Source: Balanoglossus misakiensis
Lineage: Eukaryota > Animalia > Hemichordata
Assembly (NCBI GenBank): GCA_040954595.2
Contig: CM082597.2
Span: 5,213,244 to 5,277,243 of the forward strand
DNA: 64,000 bases
Direction of reading: 5' to 3'
Under the pieces are notes generated by a model. The model saw nothing but the letters and a program-made list of their open reading frames with translations. It was not told the origin of the DNA and made no database searches. Position 1 is the first letter of the stretch. Each line of letters starts with the position of its first letter. Of this stretch, positions 1 to 12,695 are shown piece after piece. The position numbers were made by a program, and so were the translations under genes.

Positions 1-651
1 TCACTAGGGTTTTAACTGATGGAGTTGAATATCAGTGTTGTTCCATGTGGCAGGGCACCGTGTCACATTAGTCCTTACTATAAAAAAAAACATTTTTACC
101 CCACAGTCCATTCTTAGAAATAATCCTTGGTAAATATTACTTTTCTTTTGCTGCATATAATCTGATTTGATAAATGAAAGTTTCAAATTTCTCTTGCTTT
201 CGGATACAAATGTGTGCATATAAAGGGTATTATCGGAAATCTCAAAGTCAATTATTATTTCTGGCTCGCATTGAAATTAGTGAGGTTTCGTGTAGATTAG
301 ATGAGAACCAGATGTTTGCGGCAAATATCGAAAATTAGCAAGTCATTGACAACAAGCATGTCTTGCATCTGAAGCAACTATACAGAAGGTGTAACTGATG
401 GCGTAATTGCCATATTTATCTTCAAGTTGAAAACTTCATCATCGATGTAAATAATGTCACAGGAAATTCCTTTACTGAGTTAGGTATAACAGTAAGAGTG
501 CTTTGTGCATTAGAAAAACACCAATTCTGTGAATCACGTTCCGCTGTAAAACATCATATCTATTTTGGGCGGGCTATGCTGAATATTAAGGTGTGCTCCA
601 CGATGTAAACAAAGTTCAGTCCACTGAGATACGGGCTCTGTGGTGGTCACC

Positions 652-727
652 ATGGCTCGCGGTTATCTTACTACAACTTTGATCAGTCATCTCTTTTCAA
701 CAGCGTTGATACTTGCAGTGATATCAG
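652..727 (+). CDS. Orphan signal-peptide exon (MARGYLTTTLISHLFSTALILAVIS-G), possible alternative first exon of the downstream Ig-like gene
   Basis: Kozak-like CACCATGG at 652, 25 codons plus 1 nt with a hydrophobic core, then AG|gtatgt donor at 728. Its phase 1 is compatible with the acceptor at 4159. Confidence 0.45.
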
Positions 728-2997
728 GTATGTTGTGAAACCACTGTTAGGTACTCATAGCATGCCAAATGTAGCAAAATTAAGCAAACATCGAAGACCG
801 CTGGGCGTTTGACAGATACTGGCAGATTTGTAAGGCACTCCAAATTGACAAATTAACTTAATAGACTCTCTAAAATTGTCACCCCGCGAAATATCTCCCA
901 TCTGGCTTTCAATTTGATTTATGTAGCCCTACTCGTCTTAATACAGCCCCAATCAATAGTATTCTTTATTGAACAATACGGCCAGAGAAACTTTATAATG
1001 TTCTGTATACTTGCCACCTCAGACCAGTTGAATGTAAATGTAAGTGGGAGAGTGACCGTGGTCAGACTGAAGACTGAAAGCGTGATCACTTTTGACATTT
1101 TATGGCGATTATATGATCTGTTATTTGAATGTTACACTCTTTTCGTTTTCCAAAACTGCCGATCCATTCAAAGAACATTTGCCAGTCCAATGGCAATTTC
1201 TTCCATACTTTCTTCCAAATGTTGTAAACGGGAATCCCCCAATGATGGAGTAATAACCCATGCGCATATAATGTGCTGGTTCAATCAAGGTTAATGACAC
1301 CTTCTGGCATAATCTTAGCTCTGTACCTGGTTGAGATCCCCTGAGCAATGTGTTTTGACAAAGCTGGTCAGATGGCTAGCTGGCAATAATAATGATGACA
1401 TTGCCTACGGGTGCACTGGCGCTTAGGTGATAGGGGACTCTTCCGTGCCAGGAATGCACAAGTACGTGCAAACCCCTGGATTTATACAATGATAGAAGGG
1501 ATTAAGTTGTCGTCATTATTTATATTCGTAATGTACACAGGACGCTCTACCCCCTTCCAAGATAATTTAAATGACAGATGCACTCGAATGAAACCCCAGA
1601 CAGTTATAATACGATCTGTGAAAATATCGATCGATGAATCGATCGATCGCTCGATCAATCAATCAACTAATTACACGTACACCTAAGAGTATGCTTATTT
1701 AGATAGACCACTCTAAGTTTGCAAAAAGTGGCAGCTACCGGGCTTTAAATCAGACGGGTAACTGGAGAGTTGTCACGTACATGACCTTGCGAAACCGTCC
1801 ACTAAGCACTCAATTGCGGGTTAAGGGTCAGAGGTCATTCACGCGGAAATAACACATTAAAAGGATTCCATGTAAATGGGAGCGTAGAAGTAGTTCTTTT
1901 TCATAAATCTCAACGCAGGATTTTATTAGCATGTTATGATACATAAAATTTTCTAGTAATTAAAAAACTAAAACTAAAATAACATCAATATATACATTAA
2001 CATTCTGCCGGACAATACAGGTATACTTACTAATACCATTGACATAACTTCAACGCGAGAATGCTAATCATATCATTGAAAAAATGTATACAGATGTATT
2101 AGCAACGCTGGTCCAGTGACCGGAAGTGAACTATTTTGACAAGCACACCCAAAACACAAACGCTACACCTAGCACAGAGTTCAACACTCTACAATCAATT
2201 GACACAATAGTCGGGCCATCGGTGTCTAAATAGTTAAGGTGCATATACTTTCCTGAATGATTGAAAGAAAATATGAATCGAATAATATTCACTTTCGTCT
2301 ACATCCTATCCTACATCCTGTTCTGTGTGTGGATGAGTCAGTTTATTGTTTTGCAAAGATTTGCATTAACGAGAGACAGATTACATTTTCAAGTTTGAGA
2401 GCTGCCCCCACCCCCCAATAGAACCATAGACTACATAATTTCTCAAATGTGTATTGTTACACAACCTCACCCAGTATAACTCCAGAAGCTTGCTATTTAG
2501 CATACGCATCATCAGATTCTTACGCAGGCGTCAACCTATGAGCAGCACACTGGGGGAGTTCCCTCAGTTATTACAAATTTAGCGCATTACAACAGGAACC
2601 GGTGTTTCCCAATAAAAATGCTGTGTCAGCTTACAGGAGTTTATAACCAGTGTGTGTGATCATTTGCCCCTTCAAGATTTCACAGCAAACTCTTGATCCA
2701 AATGTTGATCCAAAGTTTTTTACAGTGAGAGTCTTGGCAGATGATGTACTGTCCTGTCGTGTGAAGTGCGTGCAGAATTTCCTGAACCTTTCATTTGAAA
2801 CCCAGACCATGTACATAGCTGCTTCTTCAAGTTCGCGTGAAGGACACACCCGTCTACAATCTATTTCGACGATGAGATTATCCATCTAAAATAGAACAGG
2901 GATTTATCCGGTGTATCCCATGATGCACGATATCTTAGTTTAAGCAAAACGTTACTGAGTCTAGTATTAGAATAACACAAGCAACTTTCTACCAAGT

Positions 2998-4779
2998 ATG
3001 TCATCGATGTGTACTTTTATTCGCCTGTTCGTAATCGCAGTTGGCGGTAAGTTTTGTTGATCGTTTGTGTGTCGGTAATTTCAATGTTCGGACGTCGTTT
3101 TATGCTTACGTGTGTAGTTAGTTGATAGCCTGTCCCTGATTTTAGGCCATTGTCACCGAGTACGCATGTTTCCTAGCACAAACAATCTCGGCTTTAACCA
3201 AGGTGCGTAGAAGTGTTTTAAGTTTGCATTTTACATAACCGTGTGAGATTTATTCACTCTCATGACTGAATTTTCCTTCGAGATAACACTACCGAAAAAA
3301 ACATACAAATTGAAGTTGTCAACACCCAAACAGAAGTGGTCGCCAAGGCGACTGCATATGTACGTGTGATGTAATGATATCGCGCAAAGATTGCGACACT
3401 CAGTTTCCGGCTATAAGTTACTGCATCAAAACCCCCGTGGACTTCAATATATAGGTCTGTGACGTCACAGGGGTATTCTCATTTAAAGTGATGTGGTCAT
3501 TGGAAAGAATTAATTTGCTGTTGTAATGGGGAAATTCCAGTTACGCGTACAGTGTACGTGTAGGTTTTGTGCTTGAGATGGCATATTCCGCTGACTGGCA
3601 ATGTAGTTGTACAGCAGCTGACGTCAGAGAGAAGCGAACACGTTAGATGGGGGTCTAAGGTGTCATTGAAGTGTGAGTTTTGATCGCCAAATGTTTACAC
3701 TTACTCGGACAATAAACTGAACTGCACACAAACGCCAGTAAGTGTCCTAAATTGACCTGAAACTAGGTCAGGTAAACCATGCTTCCAAAGTTCTATCACA
3801 TAATGTTTTTTTTAAACAATGCAGGAAAACCTTTTATATGATTATATATATAAACCATGGTTAGGTATTTTGCCTTTTCAACGTTCAATGTGAAATTCGG
3901 ATATAAAGAAGGATTATATGTTTGAAGAGTTGAGAGCGGTGGTTGATGAGTACTTCACATCGAAAACAATACCTGTTTATACTACCTATTGTTTTATGTC
4001 ATTACTGATTCAATGAATGTGCCTGCATGTATGTATGTATGTATGTATGTATGTAGGTATGTATGTATGTATGTATGTATTCTATGTATCTATGTACGTT
4101 CCCATGTATGAACATGCATATTAAACTGATTGTCTTTTCTGTTTGTTTTTTCTGGCAGCATTACATATAGTGACGGGATATCAAGTGTGTACGGTTGCAC
4201 AGAATTCCAAGTCTATCACCGTGTTTGCGGGATCTACTGTAGAATTAACTTTTGTGGTCGCCCTAGGCCTGCCTCTGACAGCAACCACGACGGTTGCGCT
4301 GCATGTGTATAGAGCTCAATCTGACAGTGATCATGAAGATCTCATCCTGACGTCGGATGGGGCTCCTCTCACTGAGGAACATGACAAAACTTTAAAAATT
4401 ACCAAAGAAAATGGTCATGGTGTTATGTCCATCACATATGTCCAAAGAAATTGTCATCCGGACCAGACTGGGAAGCTTATATTTGATATAAGAATTTCTA
4501 TTCCTATACAAGGCGATACACGCAGCAGAATTATAGAACAGTGTAAGGCCAATACCTACATTGACATCTCAAGTCCTGATCATACAGGTAGGTATTAACA
4601 CTCTTACATCACAAATTCATTTCTTGTTTGATGAATATTCTTTATTGCTCCCAGATTATTTGCTTTCTACCTTCCATTCCCACCACAGGGGTCAGACGGC
4701 GGGTTGTTTAATAATAGTGTGTTACCAGTTATTGTTGGACTGTTGGATTGTTTGATGATGATGATGATGATGATGATGC

Positions 4780-4846
<67 letters not shown>

Positions 4847-5155
4847 GGTGGTGGTGGTGATGATGGTGGTGGTGGTGGTGGTGTTAATGATGATGATGGC
4901 GATGATTATGATGATGATGACGTTGAATGCCACTCACTTTAACATGTTCAGAGTTGATCTTCGAAAATCATTAGGACAACGTTACATTGACACAATTGTT
5001 CTAACAGATTATCTCCTTCATTATTAATTCTCAATAGTTGAACCACAAACGGGTGTGACAAGTTCGATTCCTGTTATCTCAAGGAAGCCAGACCCTCCAG
5101 TAGTTTCGCCAACAACGCGTAAGTGACATTTTTGCTTGACCGTCATCTGCAAGCT

Positions 5156-5207
<52 letters not shown>

Positions 5208-5781
5208 CTGCAAGCTGTTTTTGTTTTTCAAATTGACCGCCAAACAGGGGCTTATGGCTGCACAATGATTATCGCCGTCGGTCGTTTAAGAGGATCTCTT
5301 CCAATATATTTACAAGATTACCCAAAAATCAACTTTCACTAATTGTACATCCTTATAATAAGGCCCATGTGTGTGTTACATAGGTACCGGAACATTCATC
5401 TTGCTTTGGCACTGACAATGTTTGTTCCTTAATCCATTAGGGAGTCCCGCATGTCAGTGTGAAATGTCCGAGCCGAGCAGGAAACCTGATAATAGCGGGG
5501 AACAACCAAGATATGACGTCACAGATGACGTCACAGATTCGCACGAGAAGAAGACTGATGTCCAAAATGGAAGTTCACAGCGTCGCGACGATGACGGGGT
5601 TAAAGTGCTGCATGTCGCCGTCGCCATCCTGTCTGTTTTCGTTGTTATACTTGTCATCATCACAGTCGCCCTAATCATTGTCGTCTGCAAAAGGCGGACT
5701 CCTTCGCAGTGGAACTACAGCGGCAGTCAAATCACGTTCCAAAACGGCAGAGTTACGTCATCCGAGCCTGAGCACGTGTGA
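2998..5781 (+). CDS. Type I membrane protein with atypical Ig-like ectodomain, Ser/Thr/Pro stalk, TM helix and short tail
   Basis: Exons 2998-3046, 4159-4587, 5038-5118 and 5441-5781, all GT-AG with phase-1 introns joining in frame. Signal peptide MSSMCTFIRLFVIAVGALHIVTG; Ig-like A'/B-strand pattern SITVFAGSTVELTF; TM VLHVAVAILSVFVVILVIITVALIIVVC followed by KRR. Confidence 0.75.
4027..4080. repeat. (ATGT)n microsatellite
   Basis: Read directly from the sequence. Confidence 0.95.
4753..4920. repeat. Compound (GAT)n/(GGT)n microsatellite in an intron
   Basis: Read directly; it explains the poly-D/M/I/G ORFs. Confidence 0.95.
5157..5204. repeat. Poly-T tract flanked by a repeated CTGCAAGCTGTTTT
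   Basis: About 48 T in intron 3 of the Ig-like gene. Confidence 0.9.
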
Positions 5782-7556
5782 CTCTAAAACCAATTGAAGC
5801 CGGGAATAGAACGTGGAACTGCCGTGTTGTAAAGACCAAGGTGTGGCCATACAACGAATACTATGCAGTCCTGTGCAATAATAGTTTGCCAGAGTCCCCC
5901 ATTTCTTGGGGACCTGCACTATTCAGAGGGAATTACTTTTATTCGCTCATGCTCAACTGTATCATGAACACCGCTATCGCTGAGTCAACGCACATGATCT
6001 ACCAATGCATGAAAACACGCAGTTACTTCTGACTAGCTGTCAATGACTCTAACTCACTCGCTACGTTCCGCTACGAGGTTCTTGAAGCGTCGCCCTCAAC
6101 AGTTCGGTTAGGGAAGACCGTCAGTATGATGTTGCGAAGCCGGCTGGCCAGTCGAGTTTTCTTTTGGCTGAACGTTGAGGGTGCACTGACTGTCATGGCT
6201 GTACAAACATGACACCTGATCGGGCCAGCTGATGATCACTCCGTAGAACTGACACTGAAATACTTTGACTATATACCACGCATGCGATGTACTTAAATGA
6301 GGCAGTCGGTATGGTTCCACACTTGAATGAGTTTCTGTTTTACTGAGACCAAGCATTGAACATTGAAATATTAATGAAATCGAGATTTTTTGTCAGAATG
6401 AACCTGTACATCATAAAATACACCTTATACTGTAATGGTTCAAAAGTGCCAAAGCCGCAATGCTATGCTTGACGCCATAGTTTTACAAGTCTGTAGACCG
6501 CACACTGCCACCGATAGGGTCATTAAATAAGTGTAGTACTACTATAGCATTTTATAATCATGAAAACAAAATGGAACGGATTTAAAATTCTTGCTTGTCT
6601 ACATGTAAGCAACATTTTACGTTGGACTATCAACCATGTTTGTGTTTGGCAGGCAATATCCATGTTTCGATTGTCTTAACTGCCATTTACTCGTGACTAA
6701 GTTAAAAGCGCGGTTTAAAAGGACAGAATTAAATGTAATAGCCCTGATTCTGAATCCTGACCACTTCCGGTTCCATGACCCCTGTGTGACCTTTACATTG
6801 TGGCTTTATTTAAAGAGGATTAACACTTTTGGCTCATTACATGTTTGTAGTTGAGAGTGGTATCATCTCATGCACATCTCCAGTAAGTATGTAAATTCTG
6901 AAGTTATTTAATATACACTGAAATAACTTTTTCTACTTGACCATGAAAGTATTAGGATTCCAGAGCACGCAGAAGGCAATTACGTATGGTGGCATTTTAC
7001 TTCCGCTTTTGTGATCTATAGTATGTAAATTAGTTCAATCCAGATAGTTTTCATTTTAAACTCTTGAACAGTCAGTCATACTATTGAATTTGGGCATCCT
7101 GACCAATCCCACAACAAAACATGAATATGTTACAACAGGGTAAACGTTGTATAAAATGCTGAATGATGTCATACTAAAACCACCAGGATGTAAGGTCACT
7201 CAGGGGTCATGAAAGTGACATATTGTAAGCGCCACAAAATCCCAAAATGTTATGCTGCTTTGTAAGTTCATTAATTTCAGAGACATTTTATTTTTGCATT
7301 CACGGAGTGATTTCAACTGATGAACATAGATAGTTTGAAGGAACACATTGTCTGCAGTTGAATTCTGTAAATGAAATATGCAACAGTAGTTCACACATGT
7401 GAACATGTAATGTTGTAATCCGTCCCATTACATCACCAAATATGTAAATATCCTGAGCATTATTTATTTATGTTTAACGGAGCTGTACTACATTGATGAC
7501 ATCAGAGCATGACATACATGTAGTTTATCGCATTCTGTTGACTGTAAGTTATTAAC

Positions 7557-7720
7557 AGTATTTGTGATCATAATTGTTTTAAAATCATTATTTTTTCATG
7601 TTTGTTTAGGTAGTATGCACCTTGCAAATCAAAGTCTAAAGTATTTGTGATCATAATTGTTTTAAAAGCATTATTTTTTCATGTTTGTTTAGCTAGTATG
7701 CACCTTAAAAATCAAAGTCT
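7557..7720. repeat. Two-copy ~83 bp tandem duplication
   Basis: AGTATTTGTGATCATAATTGTTTTAAAA...GTATGCACCTT...AAATCAAAGTCT occurs twice. Confidence 0.85.
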
Positions 7721-8967
7721 CAAATATTTTCACATGGTTTGCTCAAAGTAACATTTCATTATTGTCTCTTAAAATTAGGGGTCATTGAGCAAAGTTTTGT
7801 AATAAGAAAGCTAACTTCTCTTAATTTGAAACTCATGATAGCCGCCAGTCTCTGTTTTAAGATATTTGGGGAAAAGTTAAAGTAGATATTATTATAAAAA
7901 CAAGACCAGTGAACATCGTGATTTCTTCTTTTGTTTCAAATAGACTTTCACTTTACTATACTATACTATGTTTTGGGACTTTTGAGATGTTTTCTTCTGA
8001 AATTCTGTCTCCGAGTCACGTTCTACCTGAATATATAAAGCCTTTTTCACATTTTTCACTTAAGTTCTGTTATTGTGTACTCTATGTTGACCATGTTATC
8101 TTATAATTTGCCCTTCCGGTCACCCTTGAGAATATTGCACCGTCACATTGCTGAGTCATTGAAGTTTATTGTGAAGCTGTAAATTGCGTACAGCAAAATG
8201 CTAATAACAGTGTCGATGCAACATTTTGACGCTAAGGATGACTTAGTAATGTTATATGCCAATATTCTTTGAGACAGATGACAGTAAAGAAGTGTGCCAA
8301 ATTAACAATTTATAAAAACAGTATTTTGCTCAGTCATGCTGGTCGACGGCATGTTGAATCATGTCAACAATGTTAAGGCTGACATATATGTCAGGGTAGT
8401 ATACTTAGCCCAAATCTGTCAACTCACTGTGTAAACATATCAAATGACCCTCTTTCTGTCTACTCACTCTTGTTAGTAAGCCAGAAATGTTTCGCGGCTG
8501 CCTACAAACGCACCTGTGGCTAAATAGTTCGTTGTCCTCGTGGAGTCACGGGCCAATATCTCTCTGTTAGGCATTTCAATAAATGATCGATATAGTCACA
8601 CTATATAGTCAGTCATCACACTTGCCACACTAATTCGTCGTTCTGCACACATGTCAAATTTGTCCGCTTGTCACTTCCATCAGTGTGTAAAGTTCATTCC
8701 TTAAATTCTTTTGAGGGAGAAAATCACTCAGAGACAGAGAAACAAAACAGCTACACATAAATGCATTTTAATGATTTCACTTGAAATAGACCGATTAAAT
8801 ACACATATATGTTCGTGAGATTCTATTAAAATTTGCTTAGCATTCCATTTGACTCACACAAGTCACACTACTTTCAACCGCCAAAATTCAACCATAGGTC
8901 AGATTTTTGTTCTTGTCCTATGCACACACTAGTTACACATGAATGAGATAACTTGACAATCTGTCCA

Positions 8968-11900
8968 TTAGAATTCTGTTTTCGGGCGCTTTTCAAGCCA
9001 AGCAGCTATCCTCGGCAATGCACCTACACGTGCATTGAGAGCTTTGAGTTTGGGATAGGCGTCCAGGAAGCTTGGTGTCGGTTCCAGATTGAACTCCATC
9101 TGCACGAAGAACGACAAGTCAGCAAGCGTAACCTGGAAAAAAAACACAAGAGTTAAGGTGACCTGTCGTGCAAGAAAAGTTATCTCTGGGCTTTGATATC
9201 TGTTATGGCCTGTCACCTCCACAAGTGACTCCACAGGTGGGTGAAAAAAAAACAAATCGTATCTTATGTATATAATGAATTGGTGGAAATTCCATGGTGC
9301 ATCTAAATGTAATATCAATGCCTCGCGTATATAGATGGGGTCATATAACGTCAAAATTGTCATTATTATACATGTATGAACCATAGCTCAAACCCACCTC
9401 GTCACCCAGAAAGTATCCATCGCCTCCATTGTTAGAGATAAGCATTTTCTCCAGTCCTGTCAATACATCAGCAACCCTCTTAGCATACTCGGTTTGCTTT
9501 TCTGCCTGAAACGGGTGGTAAATGGTAAATATACAAGTGTGTATATTACCCCCAGTCAAAACAAATTGAGGTCTGTAAGTAACTGTTCCATGGTTTCGTG
9601 TGCAGATGTGATTACTATTGTTGCATGAACTGGTACATTGGGGTCCGAGTTTAATCCGAGTAAAATACAAATAGATTGCTCTAGTCTGCTTTCGTGCAGT
9701 ATATTGTCGAGCATGGCGACCGCTTATCGCACCAAGCAGATTGAACCCTTCAGTGGTAGATTATTGTCTGTACTTGTGGTCGCCATATTATCGCACTGCG
9801 ATCGAGAAAAGCGTAAGAGATTATCGAGTGTATTTAAAAAAGAATATCAGAGTGTTTTGCAATGTGACTTAAATACCTTTCTGGTTTCATCCTTTTCGTG
9901 GTATATTAATAAGAGACCTTGCAGCAAATCTTCGCAGGCGTCAACGACCATGCCAATCTTTGCATCATCCAGACTAGTCTTTCCACCAAAACCTTTAATA
10001 TAGAAAATGAGATTAGATACGATGAACACTGCACACTTTTGGGGTATTGACATAACATTTCACCAATCCTAATGATATCATACAAATTAGACCACACTCT
10101 TACAAGAAAACCAAATTGAAAAACATCCACAACTTTACCATTTCATTATCAAATGAAACACGTCTCTATGCAAGAAAGGGAGTCATCTGCCTTCATGTTG
10201 TCGATCTGCATTCCTATACATATTTTCTTCATAATTGCCATATAACTTTTGTTTTGCCCAATGTTTGTTGGTTCATTTGAACATGAAGTTGTACCTTGTT
10301 CACGAATATGTTCTTCAAAAGGATTATTATTCTACGGGTAGTTTCAATTTTTTTAACGAAGTGAACAAATTCAGTAATTTCGTAAGTGGTGAAAGTGGTT
10401 GTCTATATGCATTGCTTGTAATGAATTTCTGGGTCCATACATCCTTCTTTTTTAATCTGTTACCAACCCTTTCTTTACTTACCATGTTCATTGGCAAGAT
10501 AACGAGCTATTACTCTAGACTGAGCAATCATTACACCACCGTCGATTTCCAGACATGGCAAAGATGCAAACGGGTACTCTAAATCAAAAACAAGAGATAA
10601 TGCACTAGTTTATTTTTCCTTGTTTGTTGACACTGGAATCGAGCATCAAACATGAAGCTGGGATCTATCCGGTGCTGGTTGCAATCATCACGAACAGTGG
10701 AGACCACAACGTGTTCCAAATCGTTGTGTTGTTTTTACATCATTGATACCCTGACTGATATAGCATCTCCGCGCACATCCACATAAAAACACAATACCTA
10801 TATACAGATGCAACTTTCTAAAATTGGCATCATCGTCATTTTGTCTCACTGTAAATTGTTTCAAGGTTAAAAATTCAATTTTAAAACATTTTGGGCAGCG
10901 GTCATGTAGGTACTAGTATTTCATGTAAAGCCGGGTGTCTGGACGCCAAATTGTAAGAGGGGTTTGTGCAAGGTTAAATAATAAACCGCGGTACTACTAG
11001 ACTCTGAGTCCAAAGTTCCATCTGCGGATTCACTCAGGGTGTTCGATTCATCTGGAGGTCAACGTTGTATACCAGGTCACTGAATATGACATGAATCGGC
11101 AAATTTACAAGGTGGACCACGAAACGAGATCCCATTTTTCATTTATTGAAACACATGTCAAATCTATTGACAGTAATTTCAACTGAGTGGGTGCGCATGT
11201 CGTCAGGAGAATAGCCTGAGGTGGCTATTAATCTAATCGCACTCTTGTTGACACACACGCCCGCAGTTAAAACTACACGGGCACTGTTATCCCGTGTTCA
11301 GGCTTTGCAATATCAAGTTTTATAGTCGTCAAATTACATATAACAACACTGTACGCATTGTACATTTATACCTCTAAATTATTGTTTGCCACTGTTGCTG
11401 ACATTCATTTAAATTTCTAGAAAGCTATGGACTAATTTTAACATAATCGACTATTTGACAAGTACGTTGGTCCTCAGGTGGAATGGCCGACGGGTCACCA
11501 CCATAGACAACCGGAACGTCGATATAACGTACGCATTAATACAGTTACCCATGCACAGCTCGTTATGCACCATTTGTTAATCACAAGTATCATTACCTCA
11601 GGTCAGTGGATATACATTGACTTTGAGCTGTACTCTTAACAGGAGAGCGAACAAGCGTATGTATTAACACTGCTGATGTCAGGAGCCTTGTTTTTCCTAT
11701 CTGGACAGGTACTCAATGAATTACAATGCCACTGCCATTCCGGAGGGAGGGATTGAAACCACGATCCTTCGATTACAGGAGGCAACTATTGAACCCTCTA
11801 ACACATGATGCTTTTCGCCTCTTGCAGTTTTGAGAATTCGTCACCAGAGTTTTAATAGTTTACTCACTGCCGCTCGCTTTCTCGGCTGGCCACTGTTCTT

Positions 11901-12006
11901 TAGTGAATCGCACGTCTTCATAGTCCTGTCCAGCAGCGGCCAGAACCACGCGGGCTGCTTCTGCGCGTCCGCGGCCGTTGAAGTACGCCAGACGATACTT
12001 GGGCAT
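8968..12006 (-). CDS. Sigma-class glutathione S-transferase (HPGDS-like), copy 1
   Basis: Exons 12006-11868, 10578-10483, 9992-9877, 9505-9398 and 9132-8968. Translation: [16 protein letters not shown]...[10 protein letters not shown]...[13 protein letters not shown]...YPKLKAL...[10 protein letters not shown]. Confidence 0.93.
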
Positions 12007-12695
12007 CTTGTTTTCGATTCACGCCACCTGCAGGACCCGAGTTAGGCCTTGATTTAAATGATACAACCAAGCGGAGTGCAAGGTGTGTACGTGAGGGATC
12101 AGTCGACTCATTTGAATATTAATGAGGTCAAAATCGAGGGTAAACAAATAACTGACGCCGCCAATCAGACCAAAACATGCCAGGTTTATTCAAGCAGATT
12201 ACACACTGGGGTATAGACATGGGGGCGCTGAGTACACAATTCAATAGAACCATATACCTCATGTTTCATGGTAACAATTCTTTTCCATGGGACCACCACG
12301 ATAGGGTAACTGACCGACAAATGATACACACCCCTTTCTGTCTATATGAATGACGTTATCGGGGGTTGTTAAAGATTGGTTTAGGACAACAACAGGAGCG
12401 AATTCATCGTAAAAAGTGTTATTTTTCGGCGACACAGTCTATAAAGGTACAAGACTTAAACTATTTCCTGGATGAGCTTAGTAAGAATATATTCTTTTTG
12501 GCAAACTTTGAGATGCGTTTGGCCATGAGTAGATTTTCTGGAGTGTCTGGCGCTATACGTTTCATATGGGATAATAATGCGTCTGAGACGTCACATAAAT
12601 CTCGTCTTAATCATGAATATTGATGAATGAGTATTTTGCATATATGATCACGACTACATAACAGGCTGGATAAGTCAGTATCAACGTGGTATGCG

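Noticed and set aside
2631-2889. Overlapping 79-84 aa ORFs on both strands
   Set aside because: No recognisable motif and no splice sites that join them in frame to neighbouring exons.
4667-5027. Poly-Asp/Met/Ile/Gly ORFs
   Set aside because: Translations of an intronic (GAT)n/(GGT)n microsatellite.
11738-11805. tRNA-like sequence on the minus strand (B-box-like GGTTTCAATCCC)
   Set aside because: I could not fold a full cloverleaf. At most a decayed tRNA-derived SINE head in GST intron 1.
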